This document shows positions 1 to 13,114 of a stretch of 64,000 bases of DNA, one piece after another (the first letter of the stretch is position 1; every line of letters starts with the position of its first letter). Position numbers and translations under genes: made by a program. The stretch covers positions 47,492,001 to 47,556,000 of the forward strand of contig OX597815.1 in assembly GCA_951406725.2 (NCBI GenBank). The letters are read 5' to 3'. Origin of the DNA: Octopus vulgaris (Eukaryota). A model generated the notes under the pieces. That model had not been told where the DNA came from and did not search any database. It saw only the letters and a list, made by a program, of their open reading frames with translations.

Positions 1-99
1 TCTCTTAACTATTATCTGTTTAACAATGGTAGCAAACATTTTACTTGAACCAGACGATCAAAGGAGGAGAAAGCAAACGCCTACAACTTTGAGGGGAGG

Positions 100-272
100 T
101 GGAAGTCGATTATATCGATTGCAGTATACAACTGGTACTTTTATTATTGACTCCGAAAGGGTGAAAAGCAAGGTCGATCTCTGGGGTATTTAGACTTAAA
201 ATATAAAGGCAAAAGAAATGCAGCTAAGCATTTTGTCCGGCGTGCTAATGCTTGTGTCAGTTTGCTATCCTT
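100..272 (-). mobile_element. SINE family A, decayed copy
   Basis: Reverse complement matches the family A core (ctttcatcctttcggggtcgataaa..aagtaccagtt) seen at 3038-3440. Confidence 0.7.
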
Positions 273-539
273 TTAAGTGAAGGAATGTTAACATGGAGTG
301 TTGTTTCTCTTGAATTCATTAGTGTGACATCATGTCATATTTCAAAAGTAATATTTTTAAATCAAGGGCTATGAAATACCCAATGAACAAAAGAAACTGC
401 GAAATCCCTAACTCGAACTTCAAGATGCAACCGAAAATGTCAATATATGTCAGAGGTTGGCAGAATACATAACACATTTAACTGTCCAATAATGTCATCA
501 ACGTTGTATCCAGGCATGATAATATTGCTAAAGTAATTA

Positions 540-1102
540 TTAGGTTGTCCGGAAAGTTCGTGCCGATTTTTAAAGGAAAGAAAAAGATCAATAAATACTT
601 GCCATTACATTTTTTAATCAACCAAATATAAACCATTTTGTTGCACAATGCGTCTCCACCTTTCCGTTAACTTGCAAATACCCTCTTCCCAGAATTGAGG
701 TGGTTTTATGACAAAGAATTCACCAAGGTCTCTTTTTACGTCATCCAATGAATTTAAATTTTTACCATTAAGACTATTCTGCAGAGACCTGAATAAGTGG
801 AAATCCGAAGGAGCAATATCTGGTGAATATGGAGGGTGGGATAACACATCCCAGCCGAGCTGCAGCAATTTTTGTCTGGTTCCGAAAGCATCAAGTGCCG
901 AAAATAAACTTATCTTCCATTTTAAAGGGTTACAGTATTAACACAGGTTATAGGAACATAAATCTTCTTCCACAAAAAGATAACTTAAACTGTGTTCTAA
1001 ATGGAGGTGTAGTCAAATCCTATTTTATGGACTCAACCATGTTCTAAAATAAGTCGAAAGGTAAGCTACTATAAATCGGCACTAACTTTCCGGATAACCC
1101 AA
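540..1102 (-). mobile_element. Internally deleted mariner transposon (563 bp) with TIRs and TA TSD
   Basis: 30-bp TIRs ttaggttgtccggaaagttcgtgccgattt (540-569) and aaatcggcactaactttccggataacccaa (1073-1102), 27/30 match, TA on both sides. ORF 614-868(-) contains HPPYSPDIAPSDFHLF, the mariner YSPDLAP motif plus third catalytic D. Confidence 0.93.
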
Positions 1103-1991
1103 TACTTGTCGTGCTGGCTATAATTTCTATAGAAAATATGTTGAGATAACCTTAAGATATAATTTAATAGCACTTCTAACACAGTAGAACATAGTGTTGA
1201 CTTATAAAGCGAATAATATACTTTGTAGTATATTATGGTTGCATAGCTAAGTACGGTGTCCCTAAAAGTAATTAATATTTACGCACCAGCTGCTAGGAAT
1301 GTGTTTAATATGTAAAATCGTTATATCCAATAATGTTACACCGCTAAATTTAGTGGCTTTTTAAGCAATGTATTTATAGATGATTAATGAATTGGATATG
1401 GTGTTGATGAAGGAGCAAAACTCCTGAAATATGGCATGTACAACCATTACCAATTTTTCCATCTTCGATTGCATTAGCCGTATTCGGATACGAAACGTCG
1501 TAACAATCCAGTGTTAGCTATACTATCTATAGAAAATCTGTAGAGATAATCTGAACATGTGATGACGTAATATACAATGCCAATAGTAGTAAAGACTGCT
1601 CGGAGTTCTGAAGAGTGTAAAACAATACCTTAGCCACAACTGTTCCAATATCTACTCTAACCTGGAGTAGTGGCTCCTTTTCAGGGTCCCAGCTATGGAT
1701 TAAATATGTACCCACAGAATCAATGTGCGTTGAAATCACCGGATGAAGTATGGTGGATGTGAACTATGTCTGCAAATGAACTTCTTGAGTCAAAGGTGAA
1801 CATCACTAGATGATGTGCGAATAAACAGGCAACAAACAGTCAACGGTTTGAGTCAAACAGTTCAGTTAGAGAAGAACTGATATCATCTGAAGTCGTGGTG
1901 TTCGCACATGAGATATCTCAGCTAGCGGAATACAAGTGAGACTAAATCCGGACCAGACGTTCGACCAGTGCAAACATAAAAGGCTTAAAAT

Positions 1992-2145
1992 CAGTGACGT
2001 GGATTGAGTGAGCACCTTGTGTGCCACCCCTCACCGGGTCCCCAAGCCTGTACTGTCTTCTACAGCAGACCCCAAAAGTGCCGCTCCATAAAAGCGTTGT
2101 CAAGGGAGGAATGCACCCCTCGCCTCCACCCCAGTTAAGCTACTG
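1992..2145. mobile_element. Possible decayed MITE (CAGT...ACTG ends)
   Basis: GC-rich 154-bp island bounded by cagtgacgtgg and ttaagctactg; TIR match is poor. Confidence 0.3.
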
Positions 2146-3037
2146 ATGCATATATACAAATATATGTGTATGTTTATGTAGGGGTCATATATATACGTGT
2201 GTGTGTGTATGTGTGTGTGTGTGTGTAAGTATGTATGTATATTCATATATGTAAGTATATGTGTATACTGATACAGTATTAATATATATGCATAATATAT
2301 ATATATATATGTGTATATGTGTGTGTTTGTGTGTTTGTGTGTGAATGTATGTATGTGTGTGTATGTATATATACATGCGTGTGTGTGTACGTTTATGCGT
2401 GTTTGCGTGTCAGTGTGTGTGTGGGTGTAATTAATAATTATTCATCCTGTCCTGAGATTTTACATTTCTTTCAAATTGTGATTATGGCGACACAATCTCC
2501 TTAACGTTTTCTTGTCAGTTTTCTTTTCAAATAAATTTCAGTCTCTTTCAACCTTTCGCGGCGATTAGAGTCTAGGGAATGTGTGTAACAGGAGTCTCGC
2601 CCAAACATCTGAAAACTTGTACGAAGTGACGGTTACCTTCATCTTGTTTTTGGTGTTTGTGGAGATGTTTTATGCACCTTTAAGTTCTTAAACACCCTCT
2701 GTGACATGCTGGTTGGTATCATAGTTACAACGTGTCCAGTAGTGTTCCTTTATCCGTATGAACTCTTAACCAGGCAATTTCAGGACAGAAAATCTGGGGG
2801 GTCCAAACATAAACTTATAACCCGTCCTCCATATATTCATTAAAAATATTTCATTGTAAACGGTTGTGTGACTGTAAAGAGAATGTGACATCATATAACT
2901 AGTAATATTATGGACTCGAAATAAAGGTAACTCAACATATAGTCATACGTATATCAAGAGAGAATAGTAAAAAACTTGGTAAGTATTTTAGTAAGTTTGT
3001 TGTTATTAAATATGTTTGATAATATTTTCTAGACATG

Positions 3038-3440
3038 AAGGCGGCGAGCTTGCAGAAACGTTAGCATGCCGGGTGAAATACATAGCGGTATTTCGTCTGC
3101 CGTTACGTTCTGAGTTCAAATTCCGCCAAGGTCGACTTTGCTTTTCATCCTTTCGGGGTCGATTAAATAAGTACCAGTTACACACTGGGGTCGATATAAT
3201 CGACTTAATCCCTTTGTCTGTCCTTGTTTGTCCTCTCTGTGTTTAGCCCCGCGGTGGGTAGTAAAGAAATAGGCATTTCGTCTTTACGTAAATACGTTCT
3301 GAGTTCAAATTCCGCCGAGGTCGACTTTGTCTTTCATCCTTTCAGGGTTGATAAATTAAGTACTAGTTGCGTACTGGGGTCAATCTAATCAACTGGCGCC
3401 CTCCCCCAAAATTCCGGGCCTCGTGCCTAGAGTAAAAAAG
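3038..3440 (+). mobile_element. Dimeric SINE family A (Deu/Nin-like core)
   Basis: Head ggcgagcttgcagaaacgttagc with B-box-like gagttcaaattcc; core occurs twice with two different tails; flanked by aatattttctagacatg / aatactttctagatatg (15/17 TSD). Confidence 0.85.
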
Positions 3441-3464
3441 AATACTTTCTAGATATGCAAAGCG

Positions 3465-3630
3465 GTCCGTGGCGGACAAAATGCCAAGCGGTATTTCTCC
3501 CGTCTTTACGTTCTGAGTTCAAATGCTGCCGAGTCGAATTTACTTTTCATCTTTACGGATTCGATAAAAGAAGCATCAGTTGAGCACTGGGATCAATATA
3601 ATCGACTAAACCCCTGCCCCAAATTTTCTA
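3465..3630 (+). mobile_element. SINE family A, decayed copy
   Basis: tacgttctgagttcaaat..ttttcatctttacggattcgataaaa..cagttgagcactggg. Confidence 0.7.
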
Positions 3631-3859
3631 GTTAGGTATTAAAGTAAAATGAAATTCATTGTTCGTTAAACTTCAGAAACTCACGTATCTCCTTGTATAT
3701 AAAGGTTAATGTATATGGGACTTTGTGTATAAACGTAGAGTTTGTATCTATCGGTTTCAGTCTCAGTCTCTCTCTCTTTCTCTCTCTTTCTGTTTCTTCT
3801 ATCCATTGTCTCTCAATATTCTACACAATTTTTTCTCACTTTCTCTCTTTCTCACCCCA

Positions 3860-3957
<98 letters not shown>

Positions 3958-4336
3958 TAAAATATGATGAAGCGTTTTTACAGAAAAAAGATTTCATCAG
4001 AAAATGTGGCAGCATATTAAAATACCTTTAAGGTTAAAATTATAAACAACTTATAAACAAGGGCTAAAGAAAATTATTTCTATGCCAATATGCTGATAAC
4101 AGACTTTTAAATCGTCAATTTCCACATATTATTTACTCGCTACAGAAAACCCGTAGAGCTGAAATCGAGGAAAGCTGGCCAACAGACATTTTTTTTTAAA
4201 GTTCGAACTTTTCATTGTAAACGGTTGTGTGACTGTAAAGAGAATGTGAGTAAATAATATGTGGAAATTGACGATTTAAAAGTATGTTATCAGTATAATG
4301 GAATAGAAATAATTTTCTTTAGCCCTTGTTTACAAG

Positions 4337-4427
<91 letters not shown>

Positions 4428-5219
4428 TACATACGCATGTACGTAAGTGTGTGTATGTGTATAAGTAAGTACGATTTAATGTTTATGTGTAATTCATCTT
4501 TGCTTACGCACACGCACGCGCTCACATGGTATGGACTTTCAAAGAGTTACGTTTGCTGTCGTCCCTAAAATTCTGTCCTCCACTTTTAACTCGCTTCCTC
4601 ACCTCGGCTTGTTAAATTATTCACTCTGGCAAAATCAGAAACACGAAAGTGGAGCTCTCTCACCACAAGTAGATATATATCTCTTATTTCACAACTTCTT
4701 TTCACATCTTTTCTCTGATGCTTTCCTATCGTAAATATCTTACTATAAACAAAGAGAATGTGACGCTATGTAACAACATTGACGTAGCTAGAGTGCGTAA
4801 TTCTTGGGGCTACCATTCGGTTGGCACAATCGCTTGAGCATCGGAGAGAACTCCTTGTCGTCTTCTATTTTTTTATTGTTCTGGAATTACAAATTGCTCT
4901 TGATAAATTTGGCTTCCAAACTTATGTGGGTGGAGAAGATACACTATTAATCCAGTAATCGGGTCGATGGCATCGAATTTTAACCCCTTACCTCCGAATT
5001 ACTAGCCATCTGCCAAACTCAGAAACCATTTTTGGAGAGTTGGCAGAATTGTCAGAGAATACGAAAAAAATGCTTTTAAGCTCTGATTTTTAATATCACA
5101 GTGGTAAGCTAAATTTTTTCATCCCTCCGGAACCAGTCTAATTTCGCTTGAATTTACTAGCTAGAAATAATGTAAATACCTCTTATGGCAACCCCACAGT
5201 TTTCGAAAATTCATAAACG

Positions 5220-5428
5220 CGGTAAGCTGGCAGAATCTTTAACGTACTGGACGAAATGCTTAACAGCATTTCTTCCAACTCTTCGCGTTCAGGGTTCAAA
5301 TTACGCCGGGCTTGACTTTACTTTCATCCTTTAGGGTCTGATAAGGTCTAGTCGCTTGCTGGGGTTGATGTAATCGATTAGACGCCACCCACTGACATTT
5401 CAGGCCTTATGCTTATAGTAGAAAGCAT
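5220..5428 (+). mobile_element. SINE family A, decayed copy
   Basis: ctggcagaat..gaaatgctta..gttcaaat..ctttcatcctt. Confidence 0.7.
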
Positions 5429-5435
5429 TATTATT

Positions 5436-5730
5436 GAATGAAAGATCAGCGCATGCCATCAAATGACACTGGGGTACAAATATGCAAATCCCAAATTACT
5501 CTGCATGACTACTCGTCTGATAAATGTATACCAGGTCCATATACCACAACCACACGATGACTTTATATCAAAATAAAGAGCACATGACCTTATGGTAGGG
5601 TCCAGTTAGAATTTTCTTCAAGTTGAGTAACACAACCAGAACAAAAGATCTCTGAATAAGTGTTATATAAGGATGATGAATGAAACACCAATGTTTCCAG
5701 GAGTGAATTATTAAAACTCCAAAGCATTCG
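5436..5730 (-). mobile_element. Repeat family E, partial copy
   Basis: Homologous to 40434-40740 (catgccatcaaa.tgacactggggta; catgacctt..ccagttagaattttcttca). Confidence 0.7.
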
Positions 5731-5760
5731 TAGCTATCTTCTTTCTTTCTTTCTTTCTCA

Positions 5761-5792
<32 letters not shown>

Positions 5793-6239
5793 TTCTTCTT
5801 CTTCTTCTTCTTCTTCCTCTCTTCTTGTTATTATTATTATTGTTATTATTATTGTTGTCGTTGTCGTTGTTGTTCTTGTTGCTGTTGTTATACTGCTGCT
5901 TGAAACGAGAGCTCTCCAGATTAAATGTCTATCAATATTTGCTCTTGTTTCTCTATATTCTTGATCGAAATCCCACATGGCTTCAGTTTGCCTTTTATCC
6001 ATCTCGTACCAGTCATGCATCGGGGTAGAGTCAACCAATTATATCACTCTCATACAAATATATGGCGTTGTGACAATATGAAAAACGATACCATAATATT
6101 ACTTTCCGCATATTTGAGTTCATTTACATATATTACTATAGTTTTTCATTGTATGCATACTTGTACACAAGTACGAATTAATATACACATATGATGTATG
6201 TACGTACTTGTACATATATATATATATATACACACATAT

Positions 6240-6278
<39 letters not shown>

Positions 6279-6317
6279 TATATATACATATACATATATA
6301 TAGGACATATATAGTAC

Positions 6318-6364
<47 letters not shown>

Positions 6365-7059
6365 TGGAGTTAACATACGTGTACCAACATACCAACATAA
6401 GCATACAAGCATGCACATACACACACACACACACCGATGTATATGTGTGCGTGTGATGTCTGCCTGTATGTGTCTATGTATGTATATTCGACTACACTAC
6501 CAATCCCAGGAGCACCTTCAGAGATAAAGTATCATAATAAAAATAAGACTTTTACCAGCAGTCAAGCAATAAACAGAAATATACACAGCCATAAAATAAG
6601 TACTTAACCCGAATCTGAAACATGCTTTATGCTATCTCAAAGATAACATCAAAATCGTTATATGCAAATGCGATAAAAGCTGCTTATTCCTTATTATGGA
6701 ACGGAGAAAGATGGCTATATTACAGACAATAGCAATGTACTAAGTGGTTACAGTACATTGAAAAAAAGAACTATAGAAGAACTACATGTTTTAGCAAGTA
6801 ATTAAGCTTGAGGACTAATTACTGCCCGAAATGTAGACGCAGTATTGTTGGATGGCGAAGAAATTTGCTTCGCAACCTTAAGGATGGCGTTCGATCTCAA
6901 CACGTAAAGTTTTTGGTTAAATCTTATTTTCTACAGCCTTAGGCCAACCCATACATTGTGAATTATACTGAGTGAAAGGAAACTCCGGAATACTTTGAAT
7001 GTATTGTGTATGCAATTGAAAGATGTAGCGGTTATACACACTGTATGACATTGATTCTA

Positions 7060-7345
7060 TGAAGTCACATGGCTTAGTGATTAAGGTCTTGTACTAATGA
7101 TCGCGAAATTGTGATTTAAATTCCTGAAGCAGGAGGTGTATTTGTATTCTTGAGCAAAACACTTCATTTCACGTTGCTCTCCTGACATTTGGCACACCTG
7201 TGTACCTGCCTAAGCAACGACGATTTCACGGAGGGAGGGAGCTAGTGTATAGCACAAACATTTGATAATCGTAAGCAAATCATTTGAGCTGGTTGTTCAA
7301 AAATAAATTGCAGAACCATCTTTCTCGGACAACGTGAAGCTACCA
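7060..7345 (+). mobile_element. tRNA-headed SINE, family D head with variant tail
   Basis: atggcttagtgatta head followed by ttcttgagcaaaacacttcatttcacgttgctc. Confidence 0.6.
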
Positions 7346-8066
7346 TCATGACATTGGTTCTGCCGAAGAATTATCTCCGAGAACAGGATTCTGTGAAACA
7401 CTCAGACACTCCACAATTTTTTTTGTTTTTTTGGACTAGTAAGAGGTAATGAGGTTATAGATCCTTGCTTCGGTTGAGAGTGAATAATATAAATTTTGTT
7501 CTATTTAAAAAAAGTATCGAAAGGTGAATCCCCATCGTCGAACGAAGAACCATCCACGACTTTAAGGATAAACATTCTAATTATTCCGTTTTACGTAACT
7601 GACAAGAGTTCATCTCAGCTTTTAGTTGCGGAACCGTTAAAAATTACCCAACATCATAACCATCACCGACTCGTGATTTTCGAAATACGCTACCTATAGG
7701 AGTATGATGATATTATCCAAGAATATACATAGAGTATAATGTATATCACACATTCATCGATGTGTTTCGTCTCTCAGTTTTAGTACAAGCAATCGAGATC
7801 TCTGAAAAACCGATTATTTCGATAATGTTGCTTTCACAGCTCATCAACTATGTGATGCGCAACACTTGTTTATATTCCTTCTTGAGAATACTGCAGCTTA
7901 GGTCGGTCTGTTTCTTAATGTTAAGAAGAAGGTAAAGAAGTACATGACAACCAATGGGGATGAAAGCTACTTCTCATTTTATTTCAACTATTGCGACTTT
8001 AAGTAAAGTGAGTCATACGGATACATTTGTGTGTATGTGTATGTCTGTGTAAGCATGTGTATGTTT

Positions 8067-8111
<45 letters not shown>

Positions 8112-8345
8112 TGTGTGTGTGTGACTGTGTGTTGGTTTCTTTTCGTATGTGTGCGCGTGCTGCGTGTATGAGTGTGTGTGTATGTATGTATGTATGTATG
8201 TATGTATGTATATACAGATAGATACAATATGTCACAGTAATTCTGATGGACATATCAATTCAGAAATAAATGCATGATAAACACATGTATATTAGTAATT
8301 TCATATACCAATAAATTTGCATAAAATATATACATATACGTATGA

Positions 8346-8380
<35 letters not shown>

Positions 8381-8837
8381 TGTGTGCGTGTGTGTGTGTC
8401 TGTTTGTGTATGTGTGTGCAATGCATAATATTTGGAATTTAAATATTATAGCAATATAGAAATAATGTAAATATGCTTATAATTTATATTACATTCTTAA
8501 CATTATAAAACATTCAAACATAGCCAGAAACACTAGCCATTGTGCATTGAAATTCAAATTAAATTGCTAAAATATGATAATCAATTGAAAGTTATCCATT
8601 TGAGATACATATAAATATTTATGTAAATAAGAATGCATGTGAATGTGTAAATTGCTACATGCATGTATGTGTGTGTGAGTATGTGAGTGTATGTGTGCGT
8701 TTCATTAGTATTTATTCGACGATTGAAAAACATTTATTCACAAACCTTGATTTGATTTCATTGGAAAAATCATCAGCTGTTCTACTTTGTCTCTTTTTCC
8801 TCCGCTCCGGAAAAATAATAATATAGTGAATAAGACT

Positions 8838-9060
8838 GTTGTAGTTGTTTAACCCCAGGTATAGTCTGATCGTACAGGTCCATAAACAACCAACGTAATT
8901 TTATCTTTAACTATCCTGTCTTTTGAGTCATAGTGTAATCTTTAACTACGTTATGCATTATGTCTTTTTTTCGTTTATTCATGTTGATAGTTTGTGATTT
9001 AATAGTAATTTGGTTGCTATTTCTGGTAGGTTGAGAAGCCACATAGAGATTCACTCCTTG
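8838..9060 (+). repeat. Dispersed repeat family F (other copies near 48240-48510, 48680-48765, 49740-49925, 50125-50290)
   Basis: Shared motifs ttgtttaaccccagg..ctgatc and tttggttgctatttct.g.agg..ga across copies; class unknown. Confidence 0.5.
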
Positions 9061-9075
9061 GTTGAATAAGAAATA

Positions 9076-9311
9076 CAGTAATCCCTCGACTATCGCAGAT
9101 GTTTTGTTCCAAAACTTTTCACAGAAATAATTAAAATCTAAAAATATATAATTACCTATCGGCCGCAGAAATCCGCAATATACTGAGAAGTCCGTGATAT
9201 AAATTTACATATATTAGCCAGAAAAATCTACGATGTACTGAGTGCGCAGTAAGTGAACCGAGATGATCTGAGTGCACAATAGGTGAACCGCAATATGGCG
9301 AGGGCTTACTG
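9076..9311. mobile_element. pogo/Tigger-type MITE (236 bp)
   Basis: TA|cagtaatccctcg...cgagggcttactg|TA; internal subrepeat tgagtgc.ca.ta.gtgaaccg twice. Confidence 0.85.
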
Positions 9312-9334
9312 TAATTTTAAAAGATGGAATACGG

Positions 9335-9578
9335 AGCACTCTGAAAAAAAATGTCCATCAGCTGTGCAACCTCTCAGTGCCGAATACCCAAGTATTCCGT
9401 GCTAAACCGAAAAATACTTGGAATATTCCGATGCAGAGACCAAATCGGGACACTATTCCGTGCCTGGTAATCCACCACCGTTCTGAAATTAAGGAAATTG
9501 TTCGAGAACACAACGCACCCCCGGTTTGAGAATCGAGATCGAGTGTGATAGTTAAACCTGTAGGCTACGCTCTTTGAA
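9335..9578 (-). mobile_element. SINE with family D-like head and a distinct tail (sister copy at 13115-13378)
   Basis: Both copies share atattccgat.cagagaccaaatcggg, ttctgaaat.aaggaa and acaacgca..gtttgagaat. Confidence 0.65.
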
Positions 9579-10189
9579 ACTCTGTCTTTTTCACATACAT
9601 GTATATTAGGGTTATGACTTTTCTACAACTTAATAACCCTATACTGTAATTCGATGAATAATTTTATACAAGTCAGGAAACTAACATTTATTTTGCTTTA
9701 TTTCAAAAAATGTGACCGCCAACTTAAGAAATCGATCACCACTTTTGACACAAATCATGCAAAATTCTAGGGGTTTACCAAACTTAGTGTGCTGAGTCAA
9801 TGCAATGCAAAAATAGTATATCTGAAATTCTAGCTTTCTAGTTGAAGTAGTTTTGGAGTTATGAGTTTTTAAAATTATCATCACTAGGTTGCACTAGGTT
9901 CACACTTCAGTATTTCTGTTGGCCAAATCCTTGTAAACGCAAGAGAGATGTGGAATAAAAGTTCATTTATACATTTTTAAAACTACTGAATTGAAATTGC
10001 TCAATGCAAAGGTTCAAAACTAGACTATTTTAAGACAGAAGCCACTAGAAGCATTCGATAACATACAAAATTTAAAAAATACATATTTTTAACTTTAAAG
10101 GTCTAATTCCAATTTTAAATAACTATAAGATAAAGGGTGCTGAATGTTATCAAATTTTTAAACATAACAAAGAGTCATTAGATTTTGTT

Positions 10190-10918
10190 AGCTAAAATAA
10201 ATCGAAGCTAAAGTTACTCCTATTTACAAACATATAAAGATCTTGAAGGCACTAGATTGCCTGTTCGGCACTCTGATTTGTTCTAGGAATTTTCAGTTTT
10301 GATGGTTCTCAACTCCAAAAGATTTTTTACAGATTTCAATGCTTTTTTATGAACTTCTGATAATCATGTGCATTGAACATTTAATCAGTAAATCAAAAAT
10401 CTACCAAGCTGTAAGAGATGAATCGACAAACATTGAGAAGTAAAACTCTTTTCTCTGATAGAAGAATAAATGCCAAAAGAGCTAATATTGATCAAGAATT
10501 CCATCTTACTTTACTTAAGTTGGATATTTTTTTTAACTTCACAATAAGAAATTTGCCGGTTTCTTCAAAGTAACGAAAAACTCTCGTCAAATGAAAGAGA
10601 AATTTCATGTCATCTCACCATCTTCCTGATTCAGTAATCTTTTCTTCACCATTGTCGAAATTAGCCTGGAGTTTCTCGTAATTACTTAGAAGCTCTGGGA
10701 TAAATGTATATTCAATATTGGGAAATGACTTTTTTCTCCAAGTTCGTTATCCATTACAACACAAAGAACTCTCTCAAGGATATGATGCTGATAACCAATA
10801 AATTCATAAATCTATTTGTTTTGGTATCATAACTAAGTAATAAATATAAAATTCTGGCTGTCTTTTTTTAAATTTGCCCGATTTTATTGAAATAGATAGT
10901 TAATTCTGGGACACCCTG
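10190..10918 (-). pseudogene. Decayed hAT-superfamily (hATm-like) transposase fragment
   Basis: Manual minus-strand translation gives IGYQHHILERVL..PNIEYTFIPELL..W*DDMKFLFHL..NLSKVRWNS*SILALLAFIL..CRFISY..TNQSAEQAI (CxxH-like, RW and SAER-like motifs), with stops and frameshifts. Candidate end cagggtgtcccag at 10918. Confidence 0.6.
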
Positions 10919-10967
10919 CATATTGAAGCAAACATAGAAAATAGATTATTTTCACGCTTGAAAATGT

Positions 10968-11780
10968 CGAAGTGGAAGAATTTTTAGCACGTCAGACGAA
11001 ATGCTTAGCGACAGTTCTTCCGACTTGTTACGTTTCCAATTCAAATTCCACTAAGATCGAAGTAGCTTCTCATCGTTTCTATGTCGATAAAAGAAGTAGC
11101 AGTCAAGTACTTGGTTGAAGGTAATCGACTAGCCCCGTCCCTCAAAATTGTTGGTCCTCTGCCAAAATGTGAAACCAATACTTTCACGTCTGGAGATGAT
11201 AATCATTTAGTACAACGGTTATCAAACTGACGAAAAGCAGCCATTAGCACCAAAAATGAAAGAATTTTCAGCCCTTAACGAAAAGATGGAATATAGTTTG
11301 TATCTGATTTCTCTGTTTTCTTTCATTTCTCAAAACCCAAATTATGAACTATTCATTGAATAAGATATAAAAAGCCAGAATAAAGCAGAGAGCTGACAAA
11401 ATAGTTGTCAAACCGAGCAAAATGCTTATCGGCATTTCGTCCGTCTTTACGTTCTGATTGCAAATTCTGCCAATGTCGATTTTGCCTTTCATTCTTTCGG
11501 AATCGATAAAATAATTACCATTTTAGCACTGGGGTCGATGTAATCGACTTACTCTCTCCTGTGAAAGTGCTAACCTTGAGCAAAAATTTGAAATCTATTA
11601 TAAGAAATGAGAATTAGGCGGTGCACTGGCGGAATTGTTAGCACACCGGGTAAAATGATTAGCGGCACTTCGTTCATCTTTACGTTTTGAGCTTTCTCGG
11701 AGTCGATAAAATAAGTACCAGTTGAGCACCAATGCTTACTAATCCTCCGAACTTACTGGTCTTGTGCCAACATTTTAAAA
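10968..11780 (+). mobile_element. Three co-oriented SINE family A copies (~10968-11180, 11390-11600, 11617-11780)
   Basis: Repeated aaatg.ttagcg/atcg..ttacgtt..gtcgataaaa.aagta cores. Confidence 0.75.
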
Positions 11781-12269
11781 CATTATAAAAAAACGAGAAT
11801 ATGCTCTTTCAGGGGAGTGTCTCTACTCCCTCTTGTAAATTGCTCTGTTACTTTTAAAGTTCTCTGTATTACTACGCCTTGACTTGTTTCCCATTGCGAA
11901 GAGCCCCTCCTTTCAGCATGATACAACAAAGGTTTGAAAGAAATAAATGGTAATTTTATCGAACATAACATTTTATCTATCCCCTTTTTAATCCCCAACC
12001 TCCACACACACACACACACACGCACAAACACACACATTTAATTTTAACTTACAGTCTCGATGATATTCAAACAGTCACGGTTTTCACAAGTATAAGAGAA
12101 AGATGATAATCTGACATATGTTGGTCAAAGAAAACAGTGGCCAGGTTACAGCTTTCAGAGGTGGAATATGTAGCTCCCAAGATATTGGATTTTAGGATTA
12201 TTTTTCCTAAAACAGTTTTAACATTATATCAGCCGAATTTTCAAGTATTGATTTCAAATTTGAGCACAT

Positions 12270-12786
12270 GTCCAGTAATTTCGGGTGAGGGGTAGGTCGA
12301 TTACATCGACCCCAGTGTTTTACTGATATTTATTTTATCGACGCCGTAAGAATGAAGGCAAAGTGGACTCCAGTGGCATTTGAACTCATAACGTAAAGTT
12401 GGAAGAAATGCCACTAAGTATTTTAAAATATTGGCTTCAAATTTATGTACAAGGGTAGCAGTTACCGAGGATGGGCTAAGAGCGACCTCACTACTCAAAG
12501 GATACCTATCTTATCGACATCGAAAGGATGAAATGCAAAGTAGACCTCGTCAGGAAGCATTTTAAAATATTCTTTTCTACTTTAGGCACAAGGCTCGAGA
12601 TTTTGGGGGAGGAAGCCAGTCGATTAGATCGACCCCAGTACGCAACTGGTACTTAATTTATCGACCCCGAAAGGATGAAAGGCAAAGTCAACGTAGGCGG
12701 AATTTGAACTCAGAACATAAAGACGGACGAAATACCGCTAAGCATTTTGTCGAGCGTGCTAACGTTTCTACCAGCTTCCCGCCATT
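12270..12786 (-). mobile_element. SINE family A cluster on the minus strand (best copy 12572-12786)
   Basis: cgaccccagtacgcaactggtacttaatttatcgaccccgaaaggatgaaaggc; flanks gcattttaaaatatt / gcacttgaaaatatt resemble a TSD. Confidence 0.8.
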
Positions 12787-13114
12787 GCACTTGAAAATAT
12801 TAACCCCAAAAACTAAAGCCTCAACAAAGCTCTGTACAAGCAGAGATTAATATAACTACTTTTAAGTCGCAAAAATATATAGCTGTATATTATATATAAA
12901 TACCATTTTAAAAATATATGCAGCAACTCTTAAACATAAAACAATAACACGTGTCTCTTGTTTTATTGACTGTAGAGTTATCGGTTTATACTATATCAGC
13001 GCTAGGACACTGTGTCTATAACAAATTTAGCAAAAGATTCAAATAGGCCAATTCATAGATTCTATGATCAAAAATGTTAAACTGGGACAAACCATCTTTT
13101 GTCATCAGATACAG

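Noticed and set aside
1468-1505. gtattcggatac-gaaacgtc hammerhead half
   Set aside because: The CUGANGA box is absent.
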